In this document: piece by piece, positions 58,946-64,000 of the stretch
Numbering within the stretch: position 1 is the stretch's first letter
How the letters are laid out: the number at the start of each line of letters is the position of its first letter
NCBI GenBank assembly: GCA_013239625.1
Contig: MU056898.1
Coordinates: 711,717-775,716, forward strand
Length of the DNA stretch: 64,000 nt
Direction: 5' to 3'
Source of the DNA: Lama guanicoe
Lineage: Eukaryota
Program-made: the position numbers and the translations under genes
The notes under the pieces: generated by a model
Seen by the model: only the letters and a program-made list of their open reading frames with translations
Told to the model about the DNA's origin: nothing
Database searches by the model: none

Positions 58946-61334
58946 CTGTGGGGACAGAGTCGGGGGCTGAGCTCACAGCACCAGGCCCTCCTAGCCGTGC
59001 TGCTTAACCGCAGGAGACCCCAGGGGACCCGATGTAAGCCAGCCCCCATCTGGGCCTCCCCTTCCTCACCTGGATGGGTCAGCCTCCACAGAGAAGGGCC
59101 CCTTAATGTGGACAGCGTTCCGCTTGCTTTCAAACATGCCGTAGCTCAGGGTCACCTGCGGAGAGAGGGACAGAGTGATGCCGGGAGGGGTCCTGATGCC
59201 CCCCACCCCAGCTCTGCCCAAGGCTGGCGTGTGGCTCTGAATGAGGGAACAGGAACAGGCTTGCGTTCTGCACACCCTCAGACCAAGAAGGAAGGTCTGT
59301 GAGCCGTGCGGCACCACCCCCCCTGCTCTGCACACTCCAGGGATCATGTCCAAGGTGGACTCAGCTAGTCCTTGCCAGAGAGCAGCTACTGACCCGGGGG
59401 ACCCAACAGGCACTGACCAGCTGTCCCACTGAGACAGAAGGCGGGAAGGATGCACTACAGGACCTGCGTGGAGGACGTGGGTGCCTGGCTGGCAGCCGAC
59501 AGCAGGGCCTCTCCTGACCCATTTAGAACAGTGACCCCACCTCCTCCCTACCTCCCCCTTCTCCTCCCTTCCTCCCTCCCATCGGCCCCTCCCCTCCTCT
59601 CTCAGCCCCTTCTCAGTCCCAAGTCCCTTCCTGAGCCCCTGGGGAGGCACACCTGCTCATGGAGCTCGGAGGTGGGCACCTGCTGCAGGTTCTCCAGGTG
59701 GGAGTGGAAGAGCCCGCTGCGGACGAGAGGCACGCCCAGCAAGGCCTCCACGATGTAGCCGATGGTGCAGTCGTCCGGCAGCCGGATCCGCTCGGCCGTG
59801 CTCATGAAGTGGCCTCCACTGTGGGAGGGAAGTGCCATAGTGAGCAGAGGCAGGAGCTGGGCAGGACCCCGTTGGGCAGAGTGTCGTACGGAGTGCTTGG
59901 CCAGGCTCAGAGAGGAGGTGGATGCGCCTGGCGGGGCGGCCTGCAGACCAGTCTGTGTCCCTAACGGGCTCTCACGCTGGCAGCTCCCCACCTCCGTGAG
60001 CCCCAGGACGGTCCCCTCCTCCGTACCAGCCTGATGATTCTCTGTGAGTCGGGGGTTACCAGGTGTAGGAAGGCGTCCCGCCCAACCTGGGTGCTGACCC
60101 CCCAGAACAGAGGCTGGTGGGCAGTGGTAGGGACGACTCCCCCTGCCAGTGCACGTGAAGCTGGGCACACTGCTGCAGGGAGGACGAACCAAGCCAGGCC
60201 CCGCCACGGGAACCCTGGGACCTGGCGCAGCTTCACTGGGGCCCCAGGGCACTCACCTGGCCCATGGGCTCATCTTCAGGGCCAGCCCTCGGCTGATACA
60301 GAAGCCAGCCCCGCCCGTGGCAAACCAGAAGTGGACAGGACGCTGCGGGAGGGAGAACGTGGTGAGACCCCCAGACCCTCTCTCCCTGCGCCTGTAAACT
60401 GCAGGGACACCTCCAGCCTCCTCCCCTGGACAGGCGTANNNNNNNNNNNNNNNNNNNNNNNNNNNNNNNNNNNNNNNNNNNNNNNNNNNNNNNNNNNNNN
60501 NNNNNNNNNNNNNNNNNNNNNNNNNNNNNNNNNNNNNNNNNNNNNNNNNNNNNNNNNNNNNNNNNNNNNNCACGTTTACGTAGTTATCATCATCCACGTG
60601 GCAGAACCACCTGGGCGAGGCAGGGCCGTCAGGGAGGGCATGGGGGGGGGACTGCCAGGACAGGAGCCCGAGGAGGGGACGCTCCCTGGGCCCCAGCCAA
60701 AGGCCAGCACTCACTTCCTCCCCGACTCGATGAAGCGGTCGTACTCCACGGCCATCTTGCAGGACAGCGCCTGTCGGCTGTGGGCAGCTGAGCAGTTGGT
60801 GTTGACCACATTGCCTGCGGACAAGGGGAGGGGCTGTGAGTGGGTCCGAGACAGTTCAGAGAGGGCAGCCTAGCCTGGGGTGACACGGCAGGCAGGCCGA
60901 GAGCAGAGCAGGCCAGGGCGGGTGGCAGTCTGTCCCCGGGCGCCCTGGGTCCACACTGTGCCTGCAGCGGCACCCCGCCCTGCCCTACTGGAGAGGACCC
61001 AGGCCTGGTGATCCCCGCCGGCGCGCCCCGCCCGCCCCTGTCCATTCAGGCCGCTTTTTCCCAGCACCAGCCACCTGTTGCCGCCAGAGCAGCTCAAAGA
61101 GCTGCGGGAGCTGAAAGGGCCTCATTTGCATGAGAATTGGGGGTGGGGGCGAGTGGCGGGGCGGGGCAGAGAGCAAACCCGCTGAGTAAACTGCCCTCCC
61201 AGGCCCGTGGACTCCGTGACCTCTCCCGAGGGGAGGGTTTCCTCTGGGGTGGAGCCCCCCTTGCCTCCCCACGTCCAGGGCTCACCCGTGCGCCTGGCCA
61301 GGGCTTCATCTTCCCCGTCCGTGAAAATGAACGT
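58879..61334 (-). CDS. LFNG: Lunatic fringe (O-fucosylpeptide 3-beta-N-acetylglucosaminyltransferase), exons 2-8; exon 1 beyond the window
   Basis: [17 protein letters not shown]|[33 protein letters not shown]|[12 protein letters not shown]...|[29 protein letters not shown]|GGHFM...|VTLSYG...|[21 protein letters not shown]; Fringe DDD motif; GT-AG introns. Confidence 0.97.
59070..59155 (-). CDS. LFNG: LFNG exon 7 (86 nt)
   Basis: [28 protein letters not shown]; cag/gtgagg. Confidence 0.95.
59653..59818 (-). CDS. LFNG: LFNG exon 6 (166 nt)
   Basis: [21 protein letters not shown]...ELHEQ; cag/gtgtgc. Confidence 0.95.
60257..60342 (-). CDS. LFNG: LFNG exon 5 (86 nt)
   Basis: [28 protein letters not shown]; cag/gtgagt. 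Confidence 0.95.
60439..60570. other. Assembly gap (132 N) within LFNG exon 4
   Basis: N run. Confidence 1.
60440..60610 (-). CDS. LFNG: LFNG exon 4, partly in an assembly gap (only 60571-60610 is sequenced)
   Basis: [13 protein letters not shown] then N run; lower boundary inferred from a partial donor [g]tacgcc at the gap edge. Confidence 0.85.
60715..60814 (-). CDS. LFNG: LFNG exon 3 (100 nt)
   Basis: [32 protein letters not shown]; cag/gtgagt. Confidence 0.95.
61286..61334 (-). CDS. LFNG: LFNG exon 2 (49 nt)
   Basis: [16 protein letters not shown]; cag/gtgagc. Confidence 0.95.
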
Positions 61335-64000
61335 CTGCAGGGAGAAATACGGCCTTGAACAGGCAGCTCTGTGCCCCCACCCCTGTCCACTGCAGGGTCC
61401 AGGGCTGGGCACCCCAAGGCTTCACGGGACCCCTCTGTCATGCCACTGCCCCACCCTTCTCTGGGCCTCAATTTCCCCCTGTGCAGAGTGGGGCTCAATG
61501 CTTAGCCTGAGTGGAAGTGGGTCAGGGGCTCAGGCAGACCCCACCCCCGACCTCGACAGCTGGGCCCAAGGTCACCCGGCAGCTGTGCAGGCACGAGCCA
61601 GGTGGGGTGCCCCGCCCACGCGCCAGGTAACAGGCTCCTGGCCCGCCCTGCGCACCTGGTGGGGCACACACCCTTATTGACACAGTGCCCGGCCTGTGGG
61701 AGGGGGCAGAGGGTGGTGGGGGGACAGGCAGAGGAGGTCGGCTTTGGGAAGCCAAGTCTCAATCAGTCAGGGACAAAGGCCTCTGCTGGGCGTCTGCCAA
61801 GCACTGTTGGACAAAGGGCCCGGAGGGAGGATGAATCACCAGGCATTGTCCGCCAGCTTTGTCCTGGGCCGCGCGGCAAGGGGAACTCGGCCGCGTTAAG
61901 CGGGAGTGGCCTAGCGGCCCATTACCATACAGCTGGCCTGGTTAACTGGGCCGGGCTGGGCGCAAGGTCCAGCGGGCAGGGGTGCGGCCACAGCCCTGCA
62001 GTCCTCCGGGCTGGGCCCTCAAGCTGGGCCCCTCGCACCCCTAACTGTGTGACCAGCCAGCTGAGCTGGTCACCTTCTCTGAGCCAAAGCAGCCTCCGGG
62101 TTCTAAGGGGGTGCCGTCCGTCAGTGAGCTTGAGGCAGGAAACCGCACATGCCCCAGCGCAGGGATCAGTGTCCCCAGCACCCGGACAGCCGGGCACCCC
62201 CGCCGGCTGCTCAGACAAGGAAACCCAGGCTCACAGACAGGCCTCACTCAAGGCCACAGCAAGGCTCCACCTGTGCCGGCACAGGGCCATCCCTGCCAGG
62301 ATTGCTCCGCGGAAGAGGGGGGCCGACAGGGAGGGACCAGGAGCTGCCGGCGCCCGCCTGGGCCGGTCGGCACACGGGGAGGAATGTTCCTTCCTCTGGC
62401 TGGCCCGCCCAGCGCGTGCCGCCCAGAGCACCCAGGCGGGGCTGAGTGCAAAGCTGGGGGCCCAGTGGCGGGTCCTCTGAGCACAGGCAGCAGGAGAAAT
62501 CCCCACATCCATGCCCGCCAGGCCTCGGTTTCCTTCTGTGCACAGATGGGTCCAAGGGAGGAGCCAGCATGCGTAGAGAGCAGTACACCCCCAGGGACCT
62601 GGGGGACCCACCCCAACCGGCAGCCCCGGCTCCTTGCCCAGCCTGACCCCAGACGGTGGCCCACGCTGGGGCAAGGCCACCGGCTGGGTGGGCCTAGAGC
62701 TAAGAGGGGTGGCGGGCTCATTCTGCACCCTCTCCACACATGAGCAGACACCCCAGGGCAGCCCGCACGCACAGACTCGCATCCAGCCCCCCGCCCGCTC
62801 CCCAGCACCTCAGCCCAGGAATGCCGTGGGAGGCTGAGGCCGGCCCGTGCAGACGCGCCGTTGCCGCCACTGGATTAAAAGGAAAATGCTTTCTTAATGA
62901 GATCAAGCAAGGCCTGTTCTCCCGCGCTTTGGTGGTGCCCTAAAAACCCAGCCCAAGGCTATGGAGATTAAAGTCACCTTTGTTCAGTGAGGAGTACTTG
63001 GAGGGGTGGGGCTGTGGGGCTGTGAGGGTGCTGGGCCTCCTGTCTCCCCACAACAGAGCAACCAGGAGGGAAGGTTTGGGCTGCCTGGCCACAGGCCTCA
63101 CCCACTGCTCAGAGCCTCAGTTTCCCCCTCTGTGCAATGGGCGTAACCAGAGCTCACATAAGCCCCAAGCAAAATGCCAAGAACAGTTCTCTTCCTGCTT
63201 CTCCCTAACGGCCCTGGGAGGAAGGCACCGTTACTAACTGCGGGCACAAATGGGGAAACTGAGGCCCAGAGGGGCAGCCCCCAGCCTGCGGTTGTACCGA
63301 GGACAGAGGTGGTGCTAGTCCATCCCAGCTGCGCCTTTCTAGGAGTGAGAACCCCTCAGACCCCTCCCCACTTCCCTGACAACAGCAGGGCTGGCGGAGG
63401 GCGGGTGGGGGGCACCCACAGGAAGCAGCATTGTTCCTGGAGCCGCGATTCAAAGAAACACAGGATGCCAAGCTCTCCCCCCAACAATTGTGGCTGCTGT
63501 GGTGGCAGCCACAGCAGCCTGGCCCACTCCTGGGAGGGATGGGGGAGGAACGTGTCGGCCAAAGGCCCGGCCGCTCATCCTGGACTTCAAGGCCTGTCGT
63601 GGTGTGGCCCCTGCTGACTACCCCCGCCCAGGTCACTCCAGTAGCTAGAAGTTTCTGGCACATCCCCCAGGCCCGTGCTCATGATGCCCAACTGCCCTTT
63701 CAGGGCATTTTCTACTCCCAGTCTAGCTCAAATGGCACCTCCTCCAGGAAGCCCCTCCCTCCCCAGCATGGGTCAGATGCCCACTTCCAGCTCACACAGC
63801 CTCTCTGGGTTTCCCCCTAGTGCAGCCCTGACTTCCTTGAGTCTCCCCGGTCAGACAGGGTCTGAATCACCCTGCACAGGGCTGGGAAAGGAGGATCCTC
63901 TGTTTTGAAAGAGATTCAAGGACCCCTCCCCCACAGTACATGGTAAGAGGGGCTCTTGCTTGCTGTGACACATGAACTGATTGTTGGGGCAGCTTCAGCC

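Noticed and set aside
1-64000. Hundreds of 60-390 aa ORFs in the six-frame track as novel genes
   Set aside because: They are Pro/Gly/Ala/Arg-rich, overlap on all frames and often start at non-ATG codons, as expected by chance in GC-rich DNA. Only segments matching IQCE, TTYH3, LFNG exons or L1 ORF2 are meaningful.
61335-64000. LFNG exon 1 or its known oscillation enhancer
   Set aside because: No exon 1 coding sequence is visible; this is intron 1, and the promoter and upstream enhancers lie beyond the window.

Overview
GC-rich mammalian genomic DNA, most likely from a camelid, judged by three Vic-1-like tRNA-Ala-derived SINEs. It holds three spliced genes. (1) The 3' end of IQCE (+): six coding exons at 2401-8434, poly(A) signal at 11279. 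(2) The complete TTYH3 gene (+): 14 coding exons at 22501-48120, 524 aa, with a CpG-island promoter and a ~3 kb 3'UTR. (3) Exons 2-8 of LFNG (-) at 58879-61334, tail-to-tail with TTYH3; exon 1 is outside the window and exon 4 is partly in an N gap. The rest is introns and intergenic DNA with L1, L2, MIR, MLT1 and MER5-like relics, simple repeats and two assembly gaps. Nearly all entries in the ORF track are chance ORFs of GC-rich DNA. I see no wholly new gene system. The best leads are: a candidate alternative TTYH3 exon (46343-46443) that would break the junction-spanning PPPSY (PY) motif; an IQCE exon whose expected GT donor reads AT, with an in-phase donor 27 nt downstream; a divergent CTCF motif pair and an orphan CpG island between TTYH3 and LFNG; and a cluster of mRNA-decay elements in the LFNG 3'UTR. 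Gene identities and cross-species comparisons rest on my recollection of the orthologues, not on a database search.
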